From: Octopus vulgaris
Lineage: Eukaryota
NCBI GenBank assembly: GCA_951406725.2
Contig: OX597822.1
Location: 9,114,001 to 9,178,000 of the forward strand
Reading direction: 5' to 3'
DNA length: 64,000 bases
This document shows positions 41,636-55,771 of the stretch, piece after piece; positions within the stretch are counted from its first letter, which is position 1; each line of letters starts with the position of its first letter. A program made the translations under genes and the position numbers. The notes beneath the pieces are model-generated. The model was not told the origin of the DNA. It did no database searches and saw only the letters and a program-made list of their open reading frames with translations.

Positions 41636-42833
41636 CACACGCACACTCACACAAAGTGCACGGACATTTGTGTATTCATTACTTCTTTCGTTGTTTTATT
41701 TGTTTCAGTCATTGGACTATGGTCATGATGGGACGTACCTTCAAGGGTTTTAAATCAAGTACGTTGTGCTATTCGATTATATTGATTATCTTGACTGACG
41801 AGGAGAAGCATTGGTAGAATCAGTCTTCTATTTTCTTTTCATTTTATGCTTAGTCTATGTGTTCAGTATCGGACTGAACATGAAATAAAGAAAAAAATTT
41901 GCTCACATGATGTATATCTTCCAACTATATTAGTGATTTGTACTATTACATGGGCCATTTCAGTAATATATTATGTATTTTACTCTTATTTCGTGACTAA
42001 ATAATGCCAGAAAGATCACATTTTTATCATGAAATATGCAAATTTTTAATTCAGTTTTTCATATTTTTATAAATATAAATTTTATAAATATAAATATAAA
42101 TTTTTATAAATATAAATCAAATGAATATTTTCCAAACTTATTATTTATTTTGCTTCTCGAAGAATTGTTTCACATCGTAAAATGCTTCATTTATTTTGAT
42201 CTATTTAAATCAAGTTATATCGTACTGTAAATGTTATTAAAAGTTACGTAATGCTGAAAATCTAATAAGAATGAAATGGTGCTAGGCCAAAGACTAGAAA
42301 TGCTGAGACCTTCATATGATTAAGTAAAAATATTAAAAATGTGTATTCCTTACATTTTCTTCTAATTTCTGATCCCGCCGAGTGTTATCAGGAGTTGATT
42401 ATCCTTCTTACACCAAATGGCTCCAGGCTACACTACTTCTATATCAATTCTTTGTTGTTTATTATCTCTTTTAACTCTTCGATTAGTTTGCAAAGAACTG
42501 TGATCTTCAATCAGTAGTACGCTGAGATGGACTCTTCCTTACACATTTTCCGTACATTTTGTTATTTTGCCTCCTGTTTTTTTTCTTTCCTTTCCATTTT
42601 ATCAAGCACCCTGCCATGTCTACTCGGTTTCTACTTCTTATTCATTATCGCAAGATGATGTAGAAAGTGTCGTTGGTTAACGCTGGGAGAGTAGTCTCTT
42701 AGCCTCCTGGTTGGATCTTGAATTTCAGAACTAAACGATCACCGATGTTTCCATAGAAACAATTAGCATTAAACTAAAAACAGAAACTTCTACGGACTTT
42801 TATTACTGTTTGTTTTCTTTCGGTTGTTTTCAG

Positions 42834-43070
42834 ATCTACTGAGAGATTACCATTACTTCCACATATATAGCAGCTGGGTTTTCTACTTTAAACGAACTCT
42901 CGTAAAACTTTTCTCCTAACATCCACCACAGAACAGAAATCCGAGGTTGTTTTATGATACTGAAAGATATTGAGAACTTACACACCCATGGAGACTCCCG
43001 CAAACATATACATTATGTCAGTACTGACGATCTGCTTACATTGTGTGACGAAGATACCTACGAGCCTGAG
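42834..43070 (+). CDS. Candidate first coding exon (5'UTR plus 27 codons, signal-peptide-like) of an unidentified host gene
   Basis: Polypyrimidine tract and cag acceptor at 42833; cccATGG at 42988; in-frame upstream stop at 42961; METPANIYIMSVLTICLHCVTKIPTSL; donor gag|gtaaat at 43070. Confidence 0.4.
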
Positions 43071-43944
43071 GTAAATTTTATTGAATTATAGTTCAATCTC
43101 TTGTCAATTCGTTCTAAATACTGTGAAATTAATTTATGGAAAAATGTGTGATGCACAGAGATTGCCTCTTCACCCTGTCTCCAGTTTTTAAAACAACACT
43201 GTTAATGCCATACACTCGTCTGCATTCCTATTAGGAAGTTTCACTCAAAGTATCAATGGGGGCTGCCTCAAAGTATTTTTCTGATGGTGCATGAAAAGCA
43301 CGTGCAGCTTTAGCCACACACAGGTAGCGACAATGTCTTTTCCCAGGACTTATATTGAGACCGGGATCCCAGCTGAATAACGGGAATATATTGAACTCTC
43401 CTACAAGCACTCAGGATCCAGATGATATTTGACCAGGTGACTGATTAAGACGGCCACCCAAGAAACGAAATATGATCCTTGCCACGGGATCCACTCAGTT
43501 TCCACTTACCAAATGTCCACTGACAAGACTTTTGTAAACCGTAGCTATTGTAGAAGACACTCACCAAAAGTGGGGCTCAGTGTGGTTTCAAACTCGACAC
43601 TCGTAGTTGCGATGTGCAGAATTGTTTGTGCGTAATACATTCTTAAGGTAAACAATAACAACAAGTACAAAAGTAAAACAATAAAATACACAATGCTGGC
43701 GAAGCAAAGTAAGGAGTAAAACATTAAACAACTGGTTTCAAAGATGCGTCGCGCGTTATACCTAATTGTGCCACGTGCTCTGTTTAGGTGAGTGACGAAA
43801 ATAACATAATTATATTTAGAAAATCTGATAAATATATACTGAAATTCTAATATCAAATCTTGATAATTATGCTCCATTTAATGAATATAGAAATAAACAC
43901 TTGATATTTTGCAGTTTTAATTATTTGTAATGTATCGAGTAAAA

Positions 43945-44110
43945 ACTTCGAAGCCATCAGAAGAGTAAAGGAAGAAATCAAACGACAGGAGGAGAAGGCC
44001 TGACAAAACCAACGTCGCCTTCCACCAATATTCCAATGCAATCAATGCCATCGACTCTTCTATACAAGAATTGGTCTAAAGAGTCATCAACGCCATCACC
44101 ATAAAAGAAG
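43945..44110 (+). mobile_element. RTE (BovB-like) 3' end with C2H2 finger
   Basis: FQCNQCHRLFYTRIGLKSHQRHH. Confidence 0.65.
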
Positions 44111-46429
44111 AAACTAAATTCTTGGATACAAGATAAAACCGACGACAAATATTTAAATATCTTTTTGACGCATGTTGTTTTGTTCTTTTGATTGATGCAC
44201 AAGGTGTACTGAGATAATTTTATTTTCCTGAAAGGGAATCATCAACAGAAAGATGGTTGTGAAATATGTCATTAAAGCTATGAACATTGAAAGCATAAAT
44301 ATGATAGTTTTAGCACCAGCTAAACAAGAAAGCTCAACATAATTAAGCCCGAGTTTCACTTGCAGAAACCGAATCAGGATTATACCAACGAAAACATAAA
44401 TGTAAGTATGTGGACAATAAGTAACAACTCGTGAAGTAGTCCAAATTCTGTAGAAAATGATGATCCAAAAATAAAAGAACAATCTTTAAAATATCACTCA
44501 TCGAAAACATAAATGTAAGTATGTAAGAATCAGGATTATACCAACGAAGACATAAATGTATGTGGAGATAAAGAAGAGGTAAGAGTAGAGTGTTATAAAG
44601 CTGGAGCATTTAAATATATTTTCTCTGTTACTTGTTTCAGCCATTTGACTCCGGCCAAGCTGGGACACCGCCTTGCAGTATTTTAGCTGACAAAAAACCG
44701 ACCCCGTGATTTTCTGTAAGCCTGGTGCTTTTTCTATCGGTCTCGTTTGCCAAATCGTTATGTTAGCGTAAATAAATGTAAATAAACCAACAGTTGTCGC
44801 CAAGCGGTGGTACTGAACAAACACACGCACAAAGACACATACTCATGTACACACACATACGTGTATGTGTATGTGTATGTATGTATGGGTATGTATGTAT
44901 GCGTATTCATACACGTTAAACAAATGTATTTCTGCGACGATCCGTATGTATACACACGCGCGCGCACACACACGCAGACACACACATACATCTATATATA
45001 TATATATATACATATAATATGTATATATATATATATATATATAATATGTATATATGTATATAAATTATATCTTTCAATTTTCGTTTGCTAAATTCACTCA
45101 TAAGGTTGTGGTCAATCCGGCGCTATGGTAGAAGTCATTTGCCCAAAATGAACGCGAAAACATGTGATTAGGAAGGAAGCTTCTTACCACACAGCCATGC
45201 CCGGATTTTTTTTTTTTTTTAGTCAAAACATAACGTTAAATCGATAGAATATCTTCTCATGAAAAATTGGAAAACATTTCAGAAACAACAATATCGGTAA
45301 ACAGTAAGTAGATTCTTCTAATCTCACTGAAAAGTTAGGTAAACATCAATGTTACCATTTTAGATTAAATGATATACGTATAAATTGCATAGTACGCACT
45401 TACTTCCGTAAGTCTTCTCACATAAGAATCCAAATAAACATACAACTACAGACAGAAAAGAAACAAAATATCTTTTAATCCCTAATAAAATCAACAATGA
45501 TAACATAGAGTAAAAATGAAAAGTAAAAAAAGATATAAATGCTACTAAAAATTCCACATAAACAATAGAAATATTGGAAATCGGAGACTGCCTGAAACAA
45601 GAGGCCTTCGTTAAATCTCAGAAAATTCGTCGTTTTGAAAATCGACATCTTTGAACAAAGCAATCGATCCGACTTCTCCTTACAGCTATTTTACCAAGGA
45701 CTTGATAAAGATCAAACAAAAATCAATGAATTGAGAATGGAAATTCAGGAGATAAATGTGCGAACAGTGAATGGATCGTCACAAAAGAAAATATAAAGCA
45801 ACAATAGCAAGAACAGAACAATTAGGAAAATAAGTAACAACTCGTGAAGTAGTCCAAATTCTGTAGAATATGTTGATCTAAAAGTAAAAGAAAAATCTTT
45901 AAAATATCACTCAAATTGGCAAGTTTCAAACTTCTTAGTGAAATCTTTACTAACTAGAAATGAGATGGGTCAAATATTTGCTAAGGAGACAGAAAATTCA
46001 CTCGAATGTCTCACTTAGTGAAAACCCGTAACATATCTCGCGAAACATCAATTTTATAACTTAAAATTCATTACCTCCCTGCGTATAGAATTTAAATTTT
46101 TATGCCAAAATAATTGAATTATAAATCGTGCAGCACTTCAAGCCACAAGAACCGATGTCAACATTTAAAGACTAGCATAATTTACCTTAAGAATTCCGCT
46201 TAGATCAAATTAGATTCAACTACTTAGATATTATGGTCTCACTAATAAACACGATTCTGTTCTATTGGGAGGATTCGAAACATTGATACCACAGACTATT
46301 ATATCATGTTCTTTAACAACAATATCTTAAATTCTGAAGACACTGTCAAATTCTTCACTGCTTTATATAAAGCTTTACATAGAATTAAACATTATTGTAT
46401 ATACATATGGACATTATACATAAACAATA

Positions 46430-46720
46430 ATACATGCATATATAAATATATGTGTGTATGTATATATACATACATATATATACCCACATACATACACATG
46501 TACATTGCACACAAACATATATAAGTATATAAATGAGTATATATATATACATACATATATATATACATATACATATATATATATGCATATATATATACAT
46601 ATATATATATGTATATGTATATTTATATATGCATATATTTACATATATATACACACATATATATATATATGTATATGTATATATATGTAAATATATTCAT
46701 ATATTTACATATATATACAT

Positions 46721-46810
<90 letters not shown>
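46430..46810. repeat. TA-rich compound microsatellite
   Basis: Direct. Confidence 0.95.
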
Positions 46811-46811
46811 G

Positions 46812-47127
46812 ATTATAGTCTGAGTATTCCAATGGATCACAATGTGATTCTTGATTTGTCCTTTCGTGCTCCCTGTTTATTTTCCATCCAAGGTATTTCA
46901 AAATGCAAGATTATATATTTATATTATTTTGTAGTTATAATTTGGTTTGTGAAATGAAACAATTTTAGGTGAATATACGTTGTGTGGACACACCCAGACG
47001 ACGAAGTAGGCTAGTCCATACGTGGATATTGAGGGAGGAGTCTAGACGTCAGTACTTGAGTCGAGAGTTGAGTAGAAGGCATCCGAACGTGCGATATAAC
47101 AGTGGTGACGAGGATTGCGATATAACA
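46812..47127 (+). mobile_element. LTR retrotransposon remnant: LTR, PBS, then a duplicated LTR end
   Basis: Ends tataACA (47101); TGGTGACGAGGAT resembles a tRNA-Ser PBS; tgcgatataaca repeated at 47116-47127. Confidence 0.5.
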
Positions 47128-47298
47128 ATATATTAATTAATTAATTAATTAATTAGACCTCTCCGTTTTCAGACTTAATAATATTTTATCTTTCATTATA
47201 CTTTATATAATATATTCATTGAAGAAATATCTTTTCGAAATACAATATTTTAAACGAGCCTTTCTTGGATGGAAATATCCCAGAAGTGGTCTATATAT

Positions 47299-47344
<46 letters not shown>

Positions 47345-48792
47345 GGAGAGGAAAAATTGTAATAAGGCAAAATGCTAAATTGAAAGTAAATTTCAATAAA
47401 AATGGGTGTATGGAAAATTAAAAAAGAAAATATAATAAATCAAACCCGTTTTCATTGCAAATGCAAATATTCAAGGCTTGGAAGGAGAAAAGAATTTTTT
47501 TTTTAAATTGAGGAAAGGGAAAAAAAAATTTACAATGTTTTTTCAAAAAAATAATAATACATATATACAATAATTAACGAATAAGTATACCGATACATTG
47601 TAGAGTCTTTATGCTTTTAGAGTTCAATAACAGTGCTTGAAAAAACTTCTTTGGAGGATTAGGATCAATGTGATTAAATGTAGTGATTAGTTTAAAGCGT
47701 TGGGTGAATGTGTTTCAAAACAGGAAATAGGTAGGAGTTATCCAGTTCCTGTGAGTTAGGGGAGACATTTCTGTGGATGTATGCTCTTTAAATGGAATGA
47801 TGGATCAATTTTTTGTCAGATAGGATGCTAGAAAAAGGAGTATGGTCATCGTGGAGTTAACATATTAAGATGTGTTTGGAATTTTTCAATAAAAATATTT
47901 TCCTTATTGATTCTTTCTTGTGTAGAGATTCGTCTTTACATTGGTAGAAAGGGAATATGCGAAATTTGGGATTTTTATCTCTAGTGCAAGAGTCTATGTG
48001 GCTACTTAGTGGAATTTGACGGTATTGTGGGAGATTTATCTGTTCTTTATCGACCGCTACTCTTCTACATAAAGGAAGGCTCGTTTGTCCCAACATAATT
48101 GTGTTGGCAACAGGCGCATGTGAGAACGTAGATGAGGTTCTCGGAGGAACAGGAGAAGTTGGTCTTGATTTTAAACTTTGCTCCTTGCTTGAAAGTAAAT
48201 TCAGAGCCTTCAAGTAGGAAGGGGCATGAACTGAAGAGGAGGTATTGTTGTGAGTCTGTAGGTTTGTGGTAAGTGTCTGTTGTGATTTGGTTGTTAGGTG
48301 CTTTTATAATTAGGAGATCAAGGAAAGGGAGATGATGTTTGCTGAATTCCATAGTGGATTGAATGTTGGGATTTATGTTGTTCAGTGTGGTTTTGAATTC
48401 CAGAAGCTTTTCATAAGATTCTTTCCATATGATGAAACAATCATCTAAGTATCTTTTCCAGTTTTTCATTAAGTAGATGTGGAAAAGATGTCCAAATTTC
48501 TGGCAATATCTCATAGAGTGATAGTTCGAAGAAATCCATTATGAGGTTCGCAAGGACTGGTGCAGCTTTGGTACCCATCGCAATACCACATTTTTTACGG
48601 TAGTTTTCGAAGAGGAAATAATTGTTTGTCAGAATGAACTTGAGTGATTCCATAATGAAGGTCTTGTGAATGCGGTCAGGGAATGTCTCTGGGTGTTTTT
48701 CTAGCCAGAAATCAATTCCCTCAATACCATATTCATGTGGGATGTTGGTATAGAGGTTGATTACATCAAAGGACACCAAGAATGCCTCCTTA
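47345..48792 (-). mobile_element. Frameshifted, internally deleted Penelope-like element (RT plus GIY-YIG)
   Basis: SFDVINLYTNIP, GIAMGTKAAPVLANL, WKRYLDDCF, LIYVLTCACCQHNYVG across ORFs 48441, 48065 and 47857. Confidence 0.9.
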
Positions 48793-49559
48793 AATACATA
48801 CATACATACATGCTTACATACATGTATCAGTCAAGAGTTTCAGTGTACCTTCGATGTAGCAACAAACATACTATTGCCTCGAAATGTGCGGCACACCGAC
48901 AGCTTAACATTTGAGTCGCTAACGGTGTAGAAAACACAACGAACAGTATAGTTAATGCATGATTTGTCTTCCCTTGATTAGTTTTGAAACAAGCGGACAT
49001 TGTTCAATTATGCGTTTGTAAACACGGTATTTCAATGTTGTTTACGGGTGCTTGTTCTATGTCTTGCGGTTGCTTCTACTTCGCTTGTAGCATATTCTTT
49101 GTTTTATAAGCGTATGTACTAATATATATATATATATACGCATACATATGTATGTGTGTGTATTTTACAAAGTATTTACATGCATGTGTACAAGTATGTT
49201 TGTTTGTTTGCTTTTCTGTTCTTCTTTTGATATCCTCTGTGTGTATGCATGTATATTGGTGACTGCGACTGTATACATTTGAGTGCGTATAAGTGAGTGA
49301 GTGTGTGTGTGTTTGTCAGTGTGTGCCTGTTTCTTGTTTTGTATAGTTTTATTACCATTAATATCTTGTGGGTAGGAAATATATCAAAGGCTTTCATAGG
49401 TTATATTGAAAGCTGCCAAAACCTTCCTTTTTCTGCTTTCCGTTCAATGAATCAAATTAATGTGTGCAATGCACACATTTCATTTTCTCATAAACACGCA
49501 CACATACATATACATAAGGCTTATGTATATGTGTGCATGTGTGTATATATGTATATTAA

Positions 49560-49635
49560 TAAATGCGCATTTGCGTGTGTATGCATGTATATATATATAT
49601 ACACATATATATTTATATTTATATATATATATATT

Positions 49636-49705
<70 letters not shown>

Positions 49706-49854
49706 CATAAATATATATCTGTATGTATGTATGTATGTATATATATATATATATATATACATACGTGTATAATTATATGCGTATAGGGACATATTCGGAG
49801 ATATACACACATATATAGATCTATACGTATGTGTGTGTGCGTCTGTGTGAGTGA

Positions 49855-49903
<49 letters not shown>

Positions 49904-50709
49904 TGTATGTATGTGTGTATGTAGAAAAGCATGTATCGATAAGATTAGAACAAAACATATCTGAACAACCGCTAACTAAAGTAACACGCACACATATCTA
50001 CATATATATATATGTGTGTATATTTATATATGTGTGCGTGTGTATGTATATATGTATGTATATATATATATGCATACATATATATATAGATAGATATATG
50101 CATACATACATACATACATACATACATTCAAATATATGTGTATATGTATTAACGTCTGACTATATACACATTCATATATAGGTGTGTATGAGTGTGTCTG
50201 TGTGTGTGTGTAAATATATATGTATATTCTTTTTCACTTTTTAATTTTGAATAAATTTATGTACCTCTTTATGTATGTATGTATGTATGTATGTACAATC
50301 AAAAAACAAACTGCTCGTTCTAAACAAATAAATATTTATACATAGGTATTTCCACAAAAGATACAGTCAAAACATTTCTGAAGCCCGACAACAAAAATAT
50401 ACATGTGTGAGCATTCGTGTGTTGGTTCGTCTTTACTTGTAAATTGTGTATGTGCGTACATGTGTGCTGTCTATTTATAAGCTTCTGTACGCATGTATAC
50501 GTGTGTATGCGTGTGTATATACCTACATATATATATATGTGTGTGTGTGTGCATGTATGTATATGTATGTATGTTTGCATGTATGTGTGTTTGCATGTAT
50601 GTATGCATAGGAGATGGCAGACAGGCTCTTGATGCTGTTAGAACTATAAATAGTAAACAAAGACAACGGAGACATTCACGCATGTACATCATACGTATGA
50701 TACATAGGT

Positions 50710-50795
<86 letters not shown>

Positions 50796-50799
50796 ATAA

Positions 50800-50832
<33 letters not shown>

Positions 50833-51707
50833 TATACATATACTTATATATACATATATACAAATATATACATGTATATATATATATATGTATATATATC
50901 CTTGTGTATTCGTGTGTTTACATGCCGATAATATGCACTAGCTAGCAGACAAACATAGGATGTTTACACAATTATTAAGGACCATGTAGATAGGGTAGAA
51001 AAAAGTGTGAGCAATCATACAAAAATATTTCTTTTTCGTTAGAATAAACAATACGTGTTTTAGGTTGGTAAAGTTTTAGTTTAAAAGTGAACATTAAACG
51101 ATTCCAGGAGCTTCAAAGGCCTAGAGTTGAAGGCGGGTTGGTGAAGAGTAGAAATTGCTGTGCATTGGCAGATAGAAAATATATATTTTTGATATTTTCC
51201 TGTCTATACATTCGTGTACTTCCACTTCAGTGGAGTATTATGTCTTCCTAAAGTTATACACATAACATACAAAGAAACAACACATCTATGTGTGACACAC
51301 ACACACGCACACACAAATCTTTATACATATACATACATACATACATATATATGGGTTGCTTGCACGTGTATGTTACTAAGTTTCACAGCATCACAAGTAT
51401 GTGTATGGATGTACCTCTGTTTGTGTTTCCTTGCTTATGTGTGTGGGTATCTACGTTTGTATTCACGTACACAATATACATACATTTATGTGTATGACTG
51501 TATATATGTAATTTAATATATGATTATATATATATATAAATATATATTATATGTATATATATATATACGTATATAATATATATATATACATACTATATGT
51601 ACATATATATACATACTATATGTACATATATATATACGTATTTATATAAAAATATTCCAAATTCATATATATATATATATATATGTATATGTATATATAT
51701 ACACATA

Positions 51708-51756
<49 letters not shown>

Positions 51757-51770
51757 AGACATACATACCT
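49560..51770. repeat. Extended TA/TG compound microsatellite field
   Basis: Direct; source of many YI/VC ORFs. Confidence 0.85.
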
Positions 51771-52567
51771 ACACCGACGCAACATTCGTAGGTGAGCGCG
51801 GATTATAGAGGTGTATAAAAATATATTGAAGCATATAATCTGCTTGTAAGTTGGAGTGTGTGTATACGTGGGAGACAAAGAGGGGGTGAGAGAATGAGGG
51901 AGAGAGGGTGAGAGAGACACTGCGTCTGTGTGTCTGTGTGTGTGTGTGTATCTGCACTATGTTGTAATATTTATGTGCATGTGATGTATGTCTCAGTGAA
52001 TGTTATATTTCGTATTTTTGTTAAATTTTCATTGAATTGCGCATGCAACAATTCGTTCCTTTTTTAATTTGTCTTCTTATTGTTCTGCTATTACTTTGAA
52101 GCCATATCTGGTGTGTAAACGGCTGTGTACAGTAAATGATTCTATTTGTTCTACTTTCCTAAATATTTGTTCTTAAATATTTGTAGTCACCGATGTATCT
52201 TGTAAGCTTGATTTGTTGAAAATATAACACCAAACCTCAAGAAATTATTCTTCGATCGGGAATATATTTCATTCGTTTATTCTTTTATTCTCGCTTCGCT
52301 ATTTGTTGCTGGACTGTGGTCAAACTGGAGCAATAATTCCTTCAAGAGTATTGGTAAAATATTTCAACACGTGTACTTATCTTCTGATGAATTCTGTTTA
52401 TCGTATTGCTACACGAGTTTCGTATTTCGTTACATTTATTTAGTGGCGTAAATACGATTAGGTACTTTTTGTCAAGCGCAATGATTTAATCTATATACAA
52501 TCTCACAATCACAGGCGGAAATACACACATATGTGTGTATACACACAAACATATATGTGTGTGTGTG

Positions 52568-52603
<36 letters not shown>

Positions 52604-52785
52604 CATTTTAAAATAATTCACATAGGCGCAAGAGTTGCTGTGCGGTTAGTAGCTTGCTTACCAACAACATCGTTCCGGGTTCAGTCCCACTATGTGATAC
52701 CTTGGGCAAATGTTTTCTACTATAGCCTCACTTGTGAGTGGATTTGCTAGACAGAAACTGAAAGCTCGTCGTATGTATATATACA

Positions 52786-52860
<75 letters not shown>

Positions 52861-52900
52861 GTATCAAATGAAATAAATGAAAAACAGGACACAAAGGATG

Positions 52901-52997
52901 ATGCGGTACATATGTTTCGAGCTTTATAGAACAACTTATTCTTACATCAATGCATAATCGACATAACAGATAGTTCAAAAGCCCTCTTCAGCCGCAT
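52901..52997 (-). ncRNA. Canonical-core type I hammerhead ribozyme with long stem II loop
   Basis: atgcgg-CTGAAGA-gggcttt..aaagctc-GAAAC-atat-GTA-ccgcat. Confidence 0.8.
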
Positions 52998-53061
52998 GCA
53001 ATTGCTACACCAAAGACTTGTATCACATTATGAAAGGTTTGAGAAAAAACATTTGGTATTG

Positions 53062-53241
53062 TTTATAATGGTAGGTAAACCGAGTATCACTGGGAAAGTA
53101 TGTTTGTAAATATAGAATAATCTATATTGAGTGAGAAAACAGTATAGACGATTTGTTTTGGAGTCTAATAATACCATGTACGCCTATGAAGATTTACAAA
53201 CATACTTTCCCAGTAATACTCGGTTTACCTACCATTATAAA
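53062..53241. repeat. 50-bp inverted repeat with ~80-bp spacer
   Basis: tttataatggtaggtaaaccgagta..tttgtaaat / atttacaaa..tactcggtttacctaccattataaa. Confidence 0.85.
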
Positions 53242-53545
53242 AAATACCTCTCACCTATGCTACTAGCTGGCATATACAAGTGCTTACATTTATCAAGTAT
53301 TCACCCTGAATTATATATATATATTTGAATTAGGTACTTAAGTTCAGGCACCATAATGTAGTACAGTACTATCCATACAGTTTCAAAATAAAGTGATTAA
53401 AGACAAAATAAGGTATACGGTGGTAGGTAATCTAAAGGTAAAATCGTGGTTTAATATATATAGAAATGGAACAATAATGGCTTTTAAACAACAATGGTCC
53501 ACTTCTCATTGTTAATTATTGCTCCATTTCTTATCTTCTCCCCCG

Positions 53546-53632
<87 letters not shown>

Positions 53633-54527
53633 ATATATGCATGTATGTGTATGTTTGTATATCTGAGTTTGTGCCCCACAACATCGCTTGACAAACGATG
53701 CTATTGTATATAAGTCCCCGTAACTTAGAGGTTCGGCAAAAGAGTCCGATAGAACAAGTACTAGGCTTACAACGAATAAGTCCGGGGATCGATTTGCTCG
53801 ATTAAAGGCGGTGCTCCAGCATGGCCGGAGTCAGATGACTGAAACAAGTTAAAGAGTAAAAGAATAAAAAAAAGAAAGAGAAAAGAATAGTCGCAAGCAT
53901 GGCTCTGTGGTAAGACGCTTGCTTCAAAATCACTTGGTTCTGAGCTAAATTCCACTGCGTGGCACCCTGGCCAAGTGTCTTCTACGATAGACACTGGCTG
54001 ACCAAAGCCTTTGAAGTGGATTTGGTTGACAGAAATTGAAAGCTTACCGTGCATGGATGGGGGGTTTGACCTCCAGAAATAGATTGCCTCTGCCAATCAA
54101 ATGACGATTGCAGCAGTCTCTTTCATTGGGCTTTCCTTATCCAGTTCTTCCTCTATGCCCTGTGTTACATTGCTACCTAGAGTAGAGTTCTGTCACTATT
54201 GCGGGTACTTGTTTCATGAAGAAAAATATCCGAGATGATAGCAATAGTACTATTAGTCCCAGTGGTTTTAATGTCGTCTAAAATTCTGTTGCGTCTTTTG
54301 GTCATCATCCACTGGAATCATGGCCCCAAGGCTTTTTCATTTATCTAGATATGGTCTTAAGGGACAGTAGGTGGCTGTGTGGTAAGAAGTTTGCTCCAAA
54401 ACCAAATCGTTCTGATAGCTTGGACTTGTGTCCTGTACTATGACTTCGGCTGGCCAAAGCCTTGTTAGTGGATGTAATAGACAGAAGCTGAAAGATGACC
54501 GTCGTGTATGTGTATGTATGATATATG

Positions 54528-54589
<62 letters not shown>

Positions 54590-54671
54590 TATGTATATGT
54601 ATGTATATATATATATATACATACATATATATATATAGATATATATATATATACATATATATATGTATATG

Positions 54672-54720
<49 letters not shown>

Positions 54721-54729
54721 ATATGTATG

Positions 54730-54760
<31 letters not shown>

Positions 54761-54952
54761 GTATATGTATGTATATATATTTATATATATATATATATGT
54801 ATATGTATGTATTTATATATATATATATATACATATGTATATATGTATATATATAAAGTTAAAAACAAGAAAGCACAAAAAAACACAACAACGCGAGGAC
54901 GTGGAACAGATATAGTATTATTGGATGCTCAGGAAAGAAGGAAAGAAGGAGA

Positions 54953-54987
54953 GTTTAACGTTTCGAGCGGAGCTCTTCGTCGGAAAC
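54953..54987 (-). ncRNA. Minimal hammerhead motif with palindromic stem III, in a ~200-bp element between TA tracts
   Basis: gttt-CCGACGA-a-gagc tcc gctc-GAAACGTT-aaac. Confidence 0.65.
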
Positions 54988-55089
54988 ACAGGAAAAGGAA
55001 AGATCCAGAGAAGGGAAGACAGAGGAAAAAAAATCGCCAACGGTACACACGAGGTCACATATATGTATGTACATATGTATGTATGTATA

Positions 55090-55596
55090 TAACTTAGAAT
55101 AACTTAGAAAGGTTTTGGCCAGTATTGGCCCAGGCCATGTCTAACTTAATAGCACCACCTGGCGAAGTCTTTCAGTTCAGGATTTGGGCACCAAGGCCCA
55201 TTCGAGCAGAGAGTTATTGTTTGTGGAGACATATCCGGGTGTGGGTGGTTTGTCCGGTACTGTTTGAAGGAATTTGTCCAAAGACTTCTTGAATTTTGTG
55301 TGGTCAGTTTCTTTTTTGACGTGCCCTGGTGTAATGTTGAAGAGAGCAGGTCCAATTGAGGTGAAATAGTTGTGCCGTATTGTCGTTATGTGATGCGATT
55401 TAGATTTTTGTTGTGGACGGATGGCACGTGGTCCGAGCCTTGGATGCATTTTGAAGGTGATGCCAACATCATTCGGACAGTGCTGGTGGAATATTTTCCA
55501 CATCATACAGATAATGTAGCGTTCACGGCGTCGTTGGAGTGAATACAATTTCAGCTTCTGTAGTCTACCCCAGTAGTCAAGGTCTGACATGCCATC
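55090..55596 (-). mobile_element. 5'-truncated CR1/Jockey-group LINE 3' end
   Basis: LDYWGRLQKLKLYSLQRRRERY..GPALFN..FKKSLDKFL..PD.P; short tandem tail (aacttagaat)2. Confidence 0.85.
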
Positions 55597-55649
<53 letters not shown>

Positions 55650-55713
55650 GTGAGAGTTTACGAAAACAACAAAAGACGAAGACAGGTGGAGTACAAAACA
55701 AACAGATGTGTCA

Positions 55714-55752
<39 letters not shown>

Positions 55753-55771
55753 ATAGGATTAGCTCGTATAC

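Noticed and set aside
47443-47479. Possible HHR in the terminal region of the 47345-48792 PLE
   Set aside because: Core reads TTGAATA and the cleavage triplet is unclear; too degenerate to call
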